This document shows, piece after piece, positions 17,836 to 27,703 of a stretch of DNA of 64,000 nucleotides (positions are counted from its first letter, which is position 1; every line of letters starts with the position of its first letter). Below the pieces are notes generated by a model. The model was not told the origin of the DNA, did no database searches, and saw nothing but the letters and a program-made list of their open reading frames with translations. Location: the NCBI GenBank assembly GCA_037443035.1, contig JBBIPC010000007.1, positions 72,876 to 136,875 on the forward strand, given 5' to 3'. This DNA is from Chthonomonadales bacterium (GTDB lineage: Bacteria > Armatimonadota > Chthonomonadetes > Chthonomonadales > CAJBBX01). A program made the translations under genes and the position numbers.

Positions 17836-19695
17836 CTAGCCGATTCGCAGAACGCTGAGAAACGCTTCCTGTGGTATCTCCACGCTGCCGATCTGCTTCA
17901 TCCGCTTTTTCCCTTCCTTCTGCTTCTCGAGCAGCTTCCGCTTTCTCGTGATGTCGCCGCCATAGCACTTGGCGGTTACGTTCTTCCGAAATGGTCGCAC
18001 CGACTCGGCGGCGATGATCTTGCCACCTATGGCCGCCTGTATACGTACTTCGAACTGCTGGCGCGGCACGACCTCCTTCATTTTCTCCACGAGGGCCCTC
18101 GCACGCTGATACGCCTTGTCGCGATGAGTGATCAGCGACAGCGCATCCACCATCTCGCCGTTCACCAACACGTCCAGCTTGATGAGCTTTCCTTCGCGGT
18201 AGCCTATCGGTTCATAGTCGAAGGATGCGTAGCCCCGCGTACGGCTCTTGAGCTGATCATAGAAATCCAACAGAATCTCCGCCAACGGGAGCCTGTAGTG
18301 CAGCAGCACCCTGTCGCGGTACTGCTCGGCCTCGTTGGCGGGTGGACCGGTAGCAGTGCCCACTCTGGCGTGGGTGATATGCTCCATGCGCACGAACTCG
18401 CCACGTCTCTCCCTGGCCAGCTCCATGATGGCCCCAACGAATGCCGACGGTACGAAGATCGTCGCGTCCACGTACGGCTCTTCGATGGAATGAATGCGGG
18501 CAGGGTCCGGAAATCGAGCCGGATTGTCCACTTCCACAGTCGTGCCATCGGTAAGGTGAACCCGAAACACCACCGACGGCGATGTGGCGATGAGCCGAAG
18601 ACCGAACTCCCGTTCGAGTCGTTCTTGGATGATCTCCATGTGGAGTAGGCCCAGGAATCCACACCGGTAGCCGAATCCTAGGGCGGCGGATGTTTCCGGT
18701 TCGAAGGAAAGGGCCGCATCGTTGAGTTGGAGCTTCTCCAGAGCCTCTCGAAGGTCAGGGTAGTCCTTGCTGTCTATCGGATAGAGGCCGCAGAACACCA
18801 TGGGTTTGGCCTTCCGATAGCCAGGCAGCGGCTGCGACGCGGGATGCTGGGCTGTCGTGATCGTGTCTCCGACGTTCGCATCGCCGATGGTCTTGATCCC
18901 GGCAGTGAGAAAGCCCACTTCTCCCGTGCGGAGGACTTCCGTCTGCTCCATGCGCGGTCTGAAGATCCCGACGGTACTGACTTCGAAATCCCGCCCGGTG
19001 GACATGAAACGGATGCGCATGCCGGGCTTAACGTAGCCGTCTACCACACGGATGTAGCACACGACGCCGAGATAGCTGTCGAAGTGGCTATCGAAAACAA
19101 GCGCCCGTAGCGGGCCTGTGGGATCGCCCGATGGCGGCGGTATTCTCTGGACGACCTGCTCGAGGACCTCTCGGGTGCCGATGCCCTGCTTGGCACTGGC
19201 AAGCACGGCATCGTGAGCCTCGACGGCAAGGATATTCTCGATATCCTCACGCACTCGCTCTGGATCGGCCGCCGGCAGGTCCACCTTGTTGATGACAGGA
19301 ATGATGGTCAACCCATTGTTGTAGGCAAGGTTGACATTGGCAACGGTCTGAGCTTCGACGCCCTGAGCTGCATCCACCACCAGCACGGCTCCCTCGCAAG
19401 CCGCCAGCGATCGGGACACTTCGTAGGTGAAGTCCACGTGGCCAGGGGTGTCAATGAGGTTCAGCTCGTACTCCTGACCATCCAGCGCCGTGTAGTTGAG
19501 TCGTACGGCCGTCATCTTGATCGTGATGCCACGCTCCCGCTCGATGTCCATGGTATCCAGGAGCTGGTCCTGCATCTCCCGCTCGTCGATGGCGCCCGTC
19601 AGTTCGAGGATACGGTCGGCGAGCGTGGACTTGCCATGGTCCACGTGGGCAATGATGCAGAAGTTCCGTATATGGGACTGCGAACGGGCTTCCAT
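17836..19695 (-). CDS. lepA: Elongation factor 4 (LepA)
   Basis: ORF 17836..19839 with an internal ATG at 19695. Contains [30 protein letters not shown] (G1), DTPGHVDF (G3), and the LepA-specific C-terminus ...[21 protein letters not shown]. Confidence 0.95.
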   Translation of the reverse strand: MEARSQSHIRNFCIIAHVDHGKSTLADRILELTGAIDEREMQDQLLDTMDIERERGITIKMTAVRLNYTALDGQEYELNLIDTPGHVDFTYEVSRSLAACEGAVLVVDAAQGVEAQTVANVNLAYNNGLTIIPVINKVDLPAADPERVREDIENILAVEAHDAVLASAKQGIGTREVLEQVVQRIPPPSGDPTGPLRALVFDSHFDSYLGVVCYIRVVDGYVKPGMRIRFMSTGRDFEVSTVGIFRPRMEQTEVLRTGEVGFLTAGIKTIGDANVGDTITTAQHPASQPLPGYRKAKPMVFCGLYPIDSKDYPDLREALEKLQLNDAALSFEPETSAALGFGYRCGFLGLLHMEIIQERLEREFGLRLIATSPSVVFRVHLTDGTTVEVDNPARFPDPARIHSIEEPYVDATIFVPSAFVGAIMELARERRGEFVRMEHITHARVGTATGPPANEAEQYRDRVLLHYRLPLAEILLDFYDQLKSRTRGYASFDYEPIGYREGKLIKLDVLVNGEMVDALSLITHRDKAYQRARALVEKMKEVVPRQQFEVRIQAAIGGKIIAAESVRPFRKNVTAKCYGGDITRKRKLLEKQKEGKKRMKQIGSVEIPQEAFLSVLRIG

Positions 19696-19734
19696 GTTGG
19701 GCGTATGTCCTGCGCTGCCGGGTCGTACGGCGTG

Positions 19735-19743
19735 ATTATAGCA
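19735..19743 (-). promoter_or_regulatory. Extended -10 promoter element for lepA (TGcTATAAT)
   Basis: The minus strand reads TGCTATAAT (19743-19735), about 40 nt upstream of the lepA ATG. No good -35 element. Confidence 0.45.
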
Positions 19744-19791
19744 TTCGCTCAGTCGCGACGCCGGGGCAGCACACCGACGGGAGTAGAGGTG

Positions 19792-19797
19792 TATAAT
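19792..19797 (+). promoter_or_regulatory. Perfect TATAAT -10 box for the divergent small Gly-rich membrane protein gene
   Basis: Plus strand ggtgTATAATgac, 60 nt upstream of the ATG at 19857. It is followed by the small hairpin GACGC-cgaat-GCGTC (19798-19812). Confidence 0.4.
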
Positions 19798-19856
19798 GAC
19801 GCCGAATGCGTCGGCAAACGGTGTGGGCTCGGCCTGCACCTGGAAAGGCAGAGGAG

Positions 19857-20186
19857 ATGCTACGCAAAGAAATCAGTCCTATCACTGCCATTCTTGTCAT
19901 CGTAATACTCGCTGCTGTAGCCGCCGGAGTGTACTTCATCGCGACCAAGCGGTCTGCGCCGCGCTACGATCCTAAGAAGGCTGCCGAGCTCAATGCAGCC
20001 AGGGGTCAGGCCGCCTTCCGATCCATGATGAGCGGGAGCGGCGGCATGATGTCACCAGGTGCTGCGGGCTATCGTGGTTCGGGCGGTTACGGCGGTGGTA
20101 TGTCCGGAGGCTACCGCGGAGGTATGTCGGGCGGCTATGGTGGCGGCATGTCCGGAGGCTATGGCGGGATGAGCGGGGGGCGCTAG
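19857..20186 (+). CDS. Small single-pass membrane protein with a Gly/Met/Tyr-rich repetitive tail
   Basis: ORF 19806..20186. The ATG at 19857 gives [29 protein letters not shown] (TM helix). The tail reads [34 protein letters not shown]. Confidence 0.55.
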   Translation: MLRKEISPITAILVIVILAAVAAGVYFIATKRSAPRYDPKKAAELNAARGQAAFRSMMSGSGGMMSPGAAGYRGSGGYGGGMSGGYRGGMSGGYGGGMSGGYGGMSGGR

Positions 20187-20324
20187 AAAGCACCTGCCAA
20201 TCCTCGCCAGCCTCGGTGGTTCCACGCTCGGCGTCGGTGACCTCCCTCTCGATCCGCGCCGTCTAGGGCATCATCGTGAGCCCGACGGGAGTGCAGTGCG
20301 AGGGACGGCCCCACGCAGGAGGCA

Positions 20325-20744
20325 TCAGGCTTCACCGATGACCGTTACGATGAGAACTCGCCGCCGCGGTCGGATGTCGCATTCCACTAGGAACACCTGC
20401 TGCCACGTTCCCAGTGCGGGCGCGCCGTCCGTCACCGGGAACGTCACCGATTGCCCGAGCAGTGTCGCCTGAAGATGGGAGTGGCCGTTGCCGTCGTGCC
20501 AAGTCTGCTCGTGGGCGTAATCTGGGCTCGGCGGAGCCAGTGAGTCGAGCAGCCGCGGCAGGTCCTGCTTCAGACCTCGCTCACACTCCATCAAGCCGAT
20601 GCCACCAGTGCTGCCCTGCACGAAAACGTGCGCGATACCCGTCTTGATGCCTGACGCCCTGACCACTGCGGTCACTTGTGGCGTGATGTCCTGCACCTCA
20701 CGATGCCCACTTGTCGGTACTTCGAATGTCTCTTGTCTTACCAT
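20325..20744 (-). CDS. YjbQ/UPF0047 family protein (secondary thiamine-phosphate synthase-like)
   Basis: ORF 20325..20783 with an internal ATG at 20744 (MVRQETFEV...). Contains the family pattern ...TGIAHVFVQGSTGGI...HDGNGHSHLQATLLG. Confidence 0.75.
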   Translation of the reverse strand: MVRQETFEVPTSGHREVQDITPQVTAVVRASGIKTGIAHVFVQGSTGGIGLMECERGLKQDLPRLLDSLAPPSPDYAHEQTWHDGNGHSHLQATLLGQSVTFPVTDGAPALGTWQQVFLVECDIRPRRRVLIVTVIGEA

Positions 20745-20787
20745 TGCGCTGTCCCCAATCGTACACAGGCCGGCCGCAGCCATCTTC

Positions 20788-22716
20788 CTAAGGCCAGAAA
20801 TCGTAGGCCCTGATTCCCAGAGCGATGCCGTACAGCGACCAGAAGCATCCGACGAGCATCTCGCCCAGGATCATACCGAGGAAGAACGGCACTGCGGTTC
20901 GATAAAGCCGGAGGCCGCCGTATCGCATGGTGACGGCCTTGAGTATGCATCCGATCGTCACAGGTAACCAGATCTGCGCCATGCCCCATGAGTTCGCCAC
21001 AGCGTAGCCCAGAGGGTGGAAGGGAAACCACGCGAACCGTACCCGCATGGCAGCCATACCCAATGACAGCACGAACGAGATGCCGGCGGCTATGAGACTG
21101 CCGTAGTTGGCAGTCCCGGGGGTCAGGAACCACTCGTGCAGCCGTCCGAAGTTCTCTCCAGGGAACTCACGCGGCCACCTCTCGACCCTTGCGGTACCGG
21201 CACCCAGCTCGTAGGCTCGGCTGAGGTATGCCCAGAAGACGCCAACTCCTCCCACACAGGCGGCCAGCATGATACCCCTTACAACGGCCTTCTGACTCGC
21301 ACCGGTGGCATCTGCTAGTTTCATGCCTTCGAGAGCGTGCGGAGCAGGGTTGGCGAAGTAGGTCCTGTTGAACCAATAGGTCAGCGCGAAGCCCACGAGA
21401 TTGCGAGGACCCAATCGCGTAGGCCCCACCGAAGCCAGGAGGGGATTCAGCGGCCCCATGAAATGCATGTCATGGATAGGGAACCCGAACTCGGCGCGGA
21501 TCCTCGTGATGACCACAACCAGCACAAAGTAGAGCGCGAAGAATGCCACGGCTACCCATGCGGACATGCCCATGGCCACGCAGAACGCGCTGAGCGCCGC
21601 CACGCCCAGAATCATGCCTATCAGAGCATGCCGGTAGCGTATGGGCTCGTCCGCATCGCTCGCCGTTGACGCGCCGCTGACGGCTTGCTTGAGGATATCT
21701 GCAAGATCGCGCCTGGCCGCCCACAGCGCTGTGGCAGCCACCGCCATGTAGGCCCCGAACGCTTGGCCGTGCTCGTAAGGTGGGTAGTTGTTGAAGCCAG
21801 CCCCACTCGTGAAGCTCTGCTCGATGCCCAGGGCTGTCACAGCCACAAGCTCCAGCTTGTAGAGAACATAGAAGACCGACAACGAGAACGAGAGATCCAA
21901 GGGCATGATGAAGGCCAAACCAATGGCGAAGAAATAGAAGGAGATCTTGACGTTGCCCATACCCTTCCACGGCATGGCCGTGATGTAGGGGTCAATGTCC
22001 TGGCGCTTGATCGGGATCATGGGCACAACTGGCCAGAAGTACGCGATGCCGTTGAGCAGCGTCACACCACCCGCCAGCGCGAACCCGGCCCACAGCACGC
22101 GGCTCCGCCAGAACACGGATCCGGTCGTCATCTCCAGCGGCAGGTATACCGATGGATAGGTCAGTCTCTCGGCTACCATCCAACGGCGCCTCAAGAACGT
22201 GTTCACGCAGAGCATGGTGTAGATCAACACAACGATGAAACCGGACCACAGCAAGACGGGCACCAGCCAGGGCATCCAGTTCTCGGCTAGATACAGCGAG
22301 CTGTTGCCGGAGTAGAAGCGGCGGACGGCTCCCGGGTCATCCACCATGAACCGTCGGGGCAAGTACGGCATGAACGTCGTCTGCCACCTGTTGCCGATAC
22401 CAGCGTAGGCGAATGGAAATGGGAGAAAAGAAACGAGGAGCTGGCCCATCTGCTGGGCGCCAAGGGCCGAACCGATGCACATCATCGTGAAGACGCAGAG
22501 CAGTTCTGCCCGTGTCAGGGTCAAGCATCTCGTGGCTTGCCAACGGCTGCAAAGGCCGTTGACTCCTATCAGCGCCGCCAGGAGCGCGATCGTATTGCAG
22601 AAAGGAACGGCGTTGGTAAACAGCGACCAGCGTACGAGTTCGGCCTCGATGAGCCAACGCTGATTCAGAAGGACCAGAAGCACACCGATAACATACGTGC
22701 GTGCGCGTATGGACAA
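20788..22716 (-). CDS. Large polytopic membrane protein of unknown function (DUF6785/DUF6784-like by recollection)
   Basis: 642-aa ORF with a TTG start in the track and more than 12 hydrophobic segments. No catalytic motif recognised. Confidence 0.6.
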   Translation of the reverse strand: MSIRARTYVIGVLLVLLNQRWLIEAELVRWSLFTNAVPFCNTIALLAALIGVNGLCSRWQATRCLTLTRAELLCVFTMMCIGSALGAQQMGQLLVSFLPFPFAYAGIGNRWQTTFMPYLPRRFMVDDPGAVRRFYSGNSSLYLAENWMPWLVPVLLWSGFIVVLIYTMLCVNTFLRRRWMVAERLTYPSVYLPLEMTTGSVFWRSRVLWAGFALAGGVTLLNGIAYFWPVVPMIPIKRQDIDPYITAMPWKGMGNVKISFYFFAIGLAFIMPLDLSFSLSVFYVLYKLELVAVTALGIEQSFTSGAGFNNYPPYEHGQAFGAYMAVAATALWAARRDLADILKQAVSGASTASDADEPIRYRHALIGMILGVAALSAFCVAMGMSAWVAVAFFALYFVLVVVITRIRAEFGFPIHDMHFMGPLNPLLASVGPTRLGPRNLVGFALTYWFNRTYFANPAPHALEGMKLADATGASQKAVVRGIMLAACVGGVGVFWAYLSRAYELGAGTARVERWPREFPGENFGRLHEWFLTPGTANYGSLIAAGISFVLSLGMAAMRVRFAWFPFHPLGYAVANSWGMAQIWLPVTIGCILKAVTMRYGGLRLYRTAVPFFLGMILGEMLVGCFWSLYGIALGIRAYDFWP

Positions 22717-22775
22717 GCTCCCGCCCTCAGTTGTCAGGCCTGACCCAAGGCCTACCGGATCCTACGGCCTCGCAT

Positions 22776-23216
22776 TCAACACGACCGTGCCCCGTGACCG
22801 TTGGATCCTCCGCGCCGCCTAGCGTCCGCCACCGCTCTCAGGGCTGCCATTCTGGCGGCCAGTAGCTTGCGACGTATCTCGCGGACATCCAGCCACGCCA
22901 GTACGAGCAGTACGCCCGTCAGCCCGAAACAGAGCGTCCAGTAGGCGCCGATCGTTGCGATGCGCACCGCTACAGCCCGCCTTGCGCGCTCTGCCTCGGG
23001 CGATGGTTCCACGCCAGCACGCCTCGCTTGCACCGCCTGCCGCGCCAGGTCACGCACCATCGCATTGCCAACGCTTCGGAAGAAGGGATGGATCGTACCG
23101 TTCGCAAGCAGCGCGATGATGGCCACCAGAATGACAACAGACAGCACGCGCAGCCGCCGTTGCCGCTGCGTCAGGCGGAAGTCGAATCTGCTCGGAGACG
23201 AGGTTGGCTCAGCCAT
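22776..23216 (-). CDS. Small two-TM hypothetical membrane protein
   Basis: ORF 22776..23609, trimmed to the ATG at 23216 (MAEPTSSPSR...), 6 nt after the rpe stop. The upstream 131 codons overlap rpe in another frame. Confidence 0.5.
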   Translation of the reverse strand: MAEPTSSPSRFDFRLTQRQRRLRVLSVVILVAIIALLANGTIHPFFRSVGNAMVRDLARQAVQARRAGVEPSPEAERARRAVAVRIATIGAYWTLCFGLTGVLLVLAWLDVREIRRKLLAARMAALRAVADARRRGGSNGHGARSC

Positions 23217-23221
23217 CGCAG

Positions 23222-23905
23222 CTAACACGAGGCGCACGCATGGCGCAGTGCACGGATGCCGGCGGCAAGCCCTTGGGGATGTCCGAACACGCTGGACCCT
23301 GCCACCAGGACCGTAGCTCCGGCCCGAACCACCGTGGGCGCTGTTTCGACTCCAATGCCGCCGTCCACTTCGAGGAGGACTTCCCTGCCGGTCTTGTCCA
23401 GAATCTCCCTTGCACGGGCGACCTTGGCCGTCATCGCGGGTATGTAGCTCTGACCACCGAACCCGGGGTTGACAGTCATGACCAGCAGCAAGTCTATATC
23501 GTCCACCACGTAATCGAGAACGTCTAGAGGAGTCGCAGGATTCAGCGCCAAGCCAGCCTTCATACCCGCATCGCGTATCTTGGCCAGGGCCCGCTGGAGA
23601 TGCACGCACGCCTCCGCCTGGAGCGTCAGGATATTCGCGCCAGCGGCGGCGAATGCTTCGATCCAGCGGTCGGGATGCTCGATCATGAGATGGACATCGA
23701 ACACAGCCCGGGAACGGCTGCGGAGCGCCTGCACGACACCCGGCCCGAACGTGATATTGGGCACGAACGCTCCATCCATGATGTCGAAGTGCAAGTACTC
23801 AGCGCCGGCCCTCTCGCACGCTTCGGCAGCTTCGCGCAGTGCGCCGAAGTCCGCCGAAAGGAGCGATGGAGAGAGAACGACGGTGCTCACCGAGGGGACC
23901 TCCAT
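23222..23905 (-). CDS. rpe: Ribulose-phosphate 3-epimerase
   Basis: Motifs: SPSLLSADF, HFDIMDGAFVPNITFGP, MTVNPGFGGQ, VDGGI. Start is either the ATG at 23905 or the GTG at 23890 (GTGA overlap with the kinase stop). Confidence 0.92.
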   Translation of the reverse strand: MEVPSVSTVVLSPSLLSADFGALREAAEACERAGAEYLHFDIMDGAFVPNITFGPGVVQALRSRSRAVFDVHLMIEHPDRWIEAFAAAGANILTLQAEACVHLQRALAKIRDAGMKAGLALNPATPLDVLDYVVDDIDLLLVMTVNPGFGGQSYIPAMTAKVARAREILDKTGREVLLEVDGGIGVETAPTVVRAGATVLVAGSSVFGHPQGLAAGIRALRHACASC

Positions 23906-25683
23906 GGCACGACTTGCTCGGTGATGGGATCCAGATTGTCGTCGTAGTAGACCCGCACCCTCAGTTCCGCTCCTGTGGCCCGGACTTGGAGGTCCACCTC
24001 GTCGCCTTCGTTCCGTGCTTCATCGAATACAGTCCGCGTGCCACCATCATCCTCGATCTCGATACGTACCTGACGCATGCCACGGCCGTCCCGTCGTACT
24101 CGGTGCCGCACCTGCCACACATGCTCTCCGCCGGCCTCCTCCGCGCCAGCACCGCTCGCGTTCAGCGATCCCTCCGGTGGTCCATCACTGAGAACCACAT
24201 TCACCGGCGTGCCTCGTTCTACACGTTTCCCACTCCGCGGGTTCTGGGAGATTACAGTCCCAAAAGCCACAGTCTCGCTTGTCTGGCGATCCACCTGACC
24301 GAGGCCCAATCCTGCTTCCTTCAGCTTCGATTCCGCCTCCGCTGCGGCCAGACCCGTTACGTCGGGTACCCAGACAAGTCGCGAGCCTTTGCTGACCCAG
24401 GTCAACACGGCGCGGCCAGGTCTGATGAGTCTGCCGGGCTCGTAGTCCACACGGAACACGATCCCAGGATCGTACTGATCGTTGTACTCTTCCCGTTCTA
24501 CGAGGCGTATCTTGAGCTTGGTCGCCTCCGTCCGCGCATCTTCGATTCTCTTGCCCACAAGGTCAGGGAAGGAGGCGACCTCGGGCTTGGTGAACGCCGC
24601 CATCCACAGGCCGATCCCCAGAAAGATGAGCAGCAGCACCACTGACCCCATGAGCATCAGGAGTACCCGCAGCACCGGTGACAGCCGGCTACCGTCATCG
24701 CGTCTTGGCATGGTGACCTCCGGTGCGCGTGCTGTAGCGCGCGTTCCAGCACGCCGGGTGGACGGTTCCGGAGGCGGTTCCGCCGCTACGGCCTCGGCCG
24801 GTGGTGGGGCCTCCGGTTCCTTTCCATCCATGGGGGACCACGCAATGGGTCGGCCGAACCGAAGGGCATCCCGCACATGCTTCAGGTCCGCTAGCATATC
24901 TCCCGCCGACGCGTAGCGATCCTCCGGTCGCTTCTGCATGGCTTTCCGCACAACGCCATCCAGCGCCCGCGGAACTCCCGCGTTGTGATCGCGAGGAGAA
25001 GGCACCGGATCGTTCTGATGCCGTAACGCCACCCGGATGGGGGTGTCCGCAGGATACGGAGGCGCGCCCGTTAGCATCTCGAAGAGCATGACACCCAATG
25101 CGTAGAGATCCGTGGCCGCGAAGCTGACACCTTGGAGCGATCGCTCCGGCCCCTGATAGTGCACCGCGGCACTCAGGTTTCGAGAGCCCGCGTTCGATGA
25201 TGCTGCGATAGCTTGCGCCAGGCCGAAATCGGTGACTTTGGCCACACCGTCAGGAGTCACCATGACGTTCTGAGGCCGCAGATCACCGTGCACCTTGCCG
25301 GCGCTGTGCGCGTACTGAAGCGCCTCGCAGATGGCCACCGCGAAGTCGACTGCCACGCTCACGGTGAAGGGCGCAATGCGCCGAATACGCTCCTTGAGGT
25401 TGATGCCGCGCACGAACTCCGTGACAATGACCGGCACGCCGTCCTCTTCGACAACTTCGAGCGTCCGGGCTATGTTCGGATGATCCAGGTCGAGGGAGCC
25501 CCTCGCGCTCTCGCGGAGAGCATGGCAGAACGCTGCGTCCTCCATTAGATCCGGTTGCACGATCTTCACAGCTACCGAGAGCCCCGTCGTACGTTCACGT
25601 CCTCGGAAGACCTGGAAGAAAGCGCCGGTGCCTAGACGCTCCACCAGCTCGTATCGGCCCGCAATGACGCGCCCAATGCTCAT
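23887..25683 (-). CDS. Ser/Thr protein kinase with a TM segment and C-terminal PASTA domains (PknB-like)
   Basis: Hanks kinase motifs: GTGAFFQVFRG, VAVK, HGDLRPQNV, DFGLA, SAAVHYQGPE. Then a TM helix (VLLMLMGSVVLLLIFLGIGLW) and PASTA-like repeats (VPDVTGLAAAEAESKLKEAGL...). Confidence 0.88.
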   Translation of the reverse strand: MSIGRVIAGRYELVERLGTGAFFQVFRGRERTTGLSVAVKIVQPDLMEDAAFCHALRESARGSLDLDHPNIARTLEVVEEDGVPVIVTEFVRGINLKERIRRIAPFTVSVAVDFAVAICEALQYAHSAGKVHGDLRPQNVMVTPDGVAKVTDFGLAQAIAASSNAGSRNLSAAVHYQGPERSLQGVSFAATDLYALGVMLFEMLTGAPPYPADTPIRVALRHQNDPVPSPRDHNAGVPRALDGVVRKAMQKRPEDRYASAGDMLADLKHVRDALRFGRPIAWSPMDGKEPEAPPPAEAVAAEPPPEPSTRRAGTRATARAPEVTMPRRDDGSRLSPVLRVLLMLMGSVVLLLIFLGIGLWMAAFTKPEVASFPDLVGKRIEDARTEATKLKIRLVEREEYNDQYDPGIVFRVDYEPGRLIRPGRAVLTWVSKGSRLVWVPDVTGLAAAEAESKLKEAGLGLGQVDRQTSETVAFGTVISQNPRSGKRVERGTPVNVVLSDGPPEGSLNASGAGAEEAGGEHVWQVRHRVRRDGRGMRQVRIEIEDDGGTRTVFDEARNEGDEVDLQVRATGAELRVRVYYDDNLDPITEQVVPWRSPR

Positions 25684-25970
25684 CGTCGAGAGCGTTCCTC
25701 ACGTTTCCGCAACATGCGCAGCGCCACATGGAGTATGGTGACAACCACGAGAACACCGTAAAGGGGCGTCAAGTCCCAAAGCGCGATTCGCTCGAGCGGC
25801 GCCGGCTGTCCCGTGATGATCAGCATGCGCTGATGCGCGGCGAGGTACTGAACGGCCGGAAGGACAATCCACGCAGCAGCGAGGGCGGCCTGCGCCACGT
25901 GCCCGACCGTCACCGACGCCGGTGGGTCCGACACATCACCAGGTGCTATGTTACGAGACCTCTTGCGCAT
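25680..25970 (-). CDS. Small two-TM hypothetical membrane protein
   Basis: 96-aa ORF. ATGA overlap with the downstream kinase start at 25680-25683. Two hydrophobic segments. Confidence 0.45.
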   Translation of the reverse strand: MRKRSRNIAPGDVSDPPASVTVGHVAQAALAAAWIVLPAVQYLAAHQRMLIITGQPAPLERIALWDLTPLYGVLVVVTILHVALRMLRKREERSRR

Positions 25971-26024
25971 CAGCTTCTTGTTACCACTTCGCTCTGCGGA
26001 AAGGCACCGATCTTGGCCGCCGGT

Positions 26025-27140
26025 TCATGCTATGGAGCCGCGGCATCGCTGCAGAGCCCTGATGACCGCCTCTTCTGGAACTTCGAAGCCCGGCTCGGCC
26101 CTCCCGACCTCTCTGAGCAAGACGAACCTGAGCCTGCGTGACAGCGTCTTCTTGTCCGCCATCATCCGTTCGAGAGCCGCTTCAGGCTCCATCCATGAAG
26201 GTGCCTCTGCAGGCAGACCCACATCGGCAAGCGCCTCTATGACCCTAGCCGTTACATTCTGCGAGGTGACGCCGATCTCCTCTCCCACGCGACATGCCGC
26301 CACCATCCCTATAGATACGGCCTCACCGTGGGTCAGGTGTCGATAGCCGGCAAGCGCCTCGAGTGCGTGGCCGACCGTGTGCCCGAAATTCAGGACGGCG
26401 CGTAAGCCCTGCTCGGTTTCATCCTTCGATACCACGTCGGCCTTGATCCGACAGGACCAGTGCACGGCTTCCGCCAACCGATTGGCGTCTCGGTTCGAGA
26501 TTGCGAATGCGCACGCCGTGAGCCAGTCGAGGAAACGGCCATCTCGAATGAAGGCATGCTTCAGGATTTCGGCCAGGCCAGACCGGAAATCACGGGCATT
26601 CAGAGTTTGCAGGGTCGTTGTATCCATCACAACAACTCGCGGCTGGTGGAAGACGCCCACGAGGTTCTTGCCCTGCGGTAGGTTCACGCCAGTCTTGCCC
26701 CCGATCCCCGCATCGGCCTGAGCCAGGAGCGTGGTGGGTGCCTGGACGAAAGCGATGCCGCGCATGTACGTACCCGCAGCGAACCCCGCAATGTCCCCGA
26801 CAACGCCACCGCCAACCGCCACAACGGCGCTTCGCCGATCAAGCCCCTGGCGGATCATGGCCTCGTAAAGGCGCGCCACTGCCGACAGGGTCTTGTATCG
26901 CTCGCCACTGCGCAGGCGGACAAGCGTGGATGGCACCCCTGCGGCATCCAGGCTCCGCAACACCGATCGCCCGTAAGCCTCTACTCGACCCGTACCCGTG
27001 ACGACTAGAACCCGCGAGGGTTCCAGAACGTTCAACATGATGCTGGCAATCCGGTCGAGACACCCCGGCGCAACATGCACCTCGTAGCTCCGGTCGCCCA
27101 GCGCGACTTTCAGGGGTTCGAGGCGTACCGCTTCGCTCAT
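26025..27140 (-). CDS. aroB: 3-dehydroquinate synthase
   Basis: Motifs: GGGVVGDIAGFAA, GGKTGVN, NFGHTVGHALE. The ATG at 27140 forms an ATGA overlap with the aroK stop; the ORF track start is at 27170. Confidence 0.92.
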   Translation of the reverse strand: MSEAVRLEPLKVALGDRSYEVHVAPGCLDRIASIMLNVLEPSRVLVVTGTGRVEAYGRSVLRSLDAAGVPSTLVRLRSGERYKTLSAVARLYEAMIRQGLDRRSAVVAVGGGVVGDIAGFAAGTYMRGIAFVQAPTTLLAQADAGIGGKTGVNLPQGKNLVGVFHQPRVVVMDTTTLQTLNARDFRSGLAEILKHAFIRDGRFLDWLTACAFAISNRDANRLAEAVHWSCRIKADVVSKDETEQGLRAVLNFGHTVGHALEALAGYRHLTHGEAVSIGMVAACRVGEEIGVTSQNVTARVIEALADVGLPAEAPSWMEPEAALERMMADKKTLSRRLRFVLLREVGRAEPGFEVPEEAVIRALQRCRGSIA

Positions 27141-27703
27141 GCTTCCCGATCCCGTCTCAGTCCGATCCATCGCGATGCCAGTTCCCTGTACGCCGCGAGA
27201 ACTTTGGCGGCGGCGTCCTCATGGCGAAGACCGGTGGTATCCACCGTCGCATCGGCGGCTGCTGCGTATAGCGGACTGCGCAGATCCAGCATCTCACGGA
27301 TACGACCCAGTGGATCCTCGACCCCCGCTAGCAGAGGACGCGAGGAACGATCGCCGCACCGTCGCAGGATCTCCTCTGGCTCCACACGAAGCCAGACCAG
27401 CACACCCGATTTGCGCAGGATTACGACGTTGGCAGGATCGAGGACAGCCCCTCCGCCGGTTCCGATGACAACATGGACCCGCATGGCGGCCTCGGCCACC
27501 GCCTCCCGCTCCAGACGCCGGAATGCGGCTTCACCCTCGCTAGCGAAGATCTGTGGCACGGGCCGAGCGGTCGCTCTTTCCACCAACTGGTCCGTGTCCA
27601 CAAATCGGAATCGGAGCGCCCGGGCACACCGCCGACCGATGGTCGTCTTCCCTGTCCCCATATACCCGATGAGGACAAGATTGGGGTTCAGCGTTTGGAC
27701 CAT
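27137..27703 (-). CDS. aroK: Shikimate kinase
   Basis: LIGYMGTGKTTIGR (Walker A), FVDTD, GEAAFRRLE, VIGTGGG. Confidence 0.92.
   Translation of the reverse strand: MVQTLNPNLVLIGYMGTGKTTIGRRCARALRFRFVDTDQLVERATARPVPQIFASEGEAAFRRLEREAVAEAAMRVHVVIGTGGGAVLDPANVVILRKSGVLVWLRVEPEEILRRCGDRSSRPLLAGVEDPLGRIREMLDLRSPLYAAAADATVDTTGLRHEDAAAKVLAAYRELASRWIGLRRDREA

Noticed and set aside
4276-19839. N-terminally extended versions of several ORFs in the track (4992, 5489, 10438, 12397, 14865, 17968, 19839)
   Set aside because: The extensions overlap the upstream genes, lack family similarity and are Arg-rich. Internal starts coincide with SD sequences or 4-nt start/stop overlaps and restore canonical N-termini.
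22776-23609. Full 277-aa version of the ORF downstream of rpe
   Set aside because: Its first 131 codons overlap rpe out of frame and are Arg/Gly-rich. An internal ATG at 23216, 6 nt after the rpe stop, gives a plausible two-TM protein.
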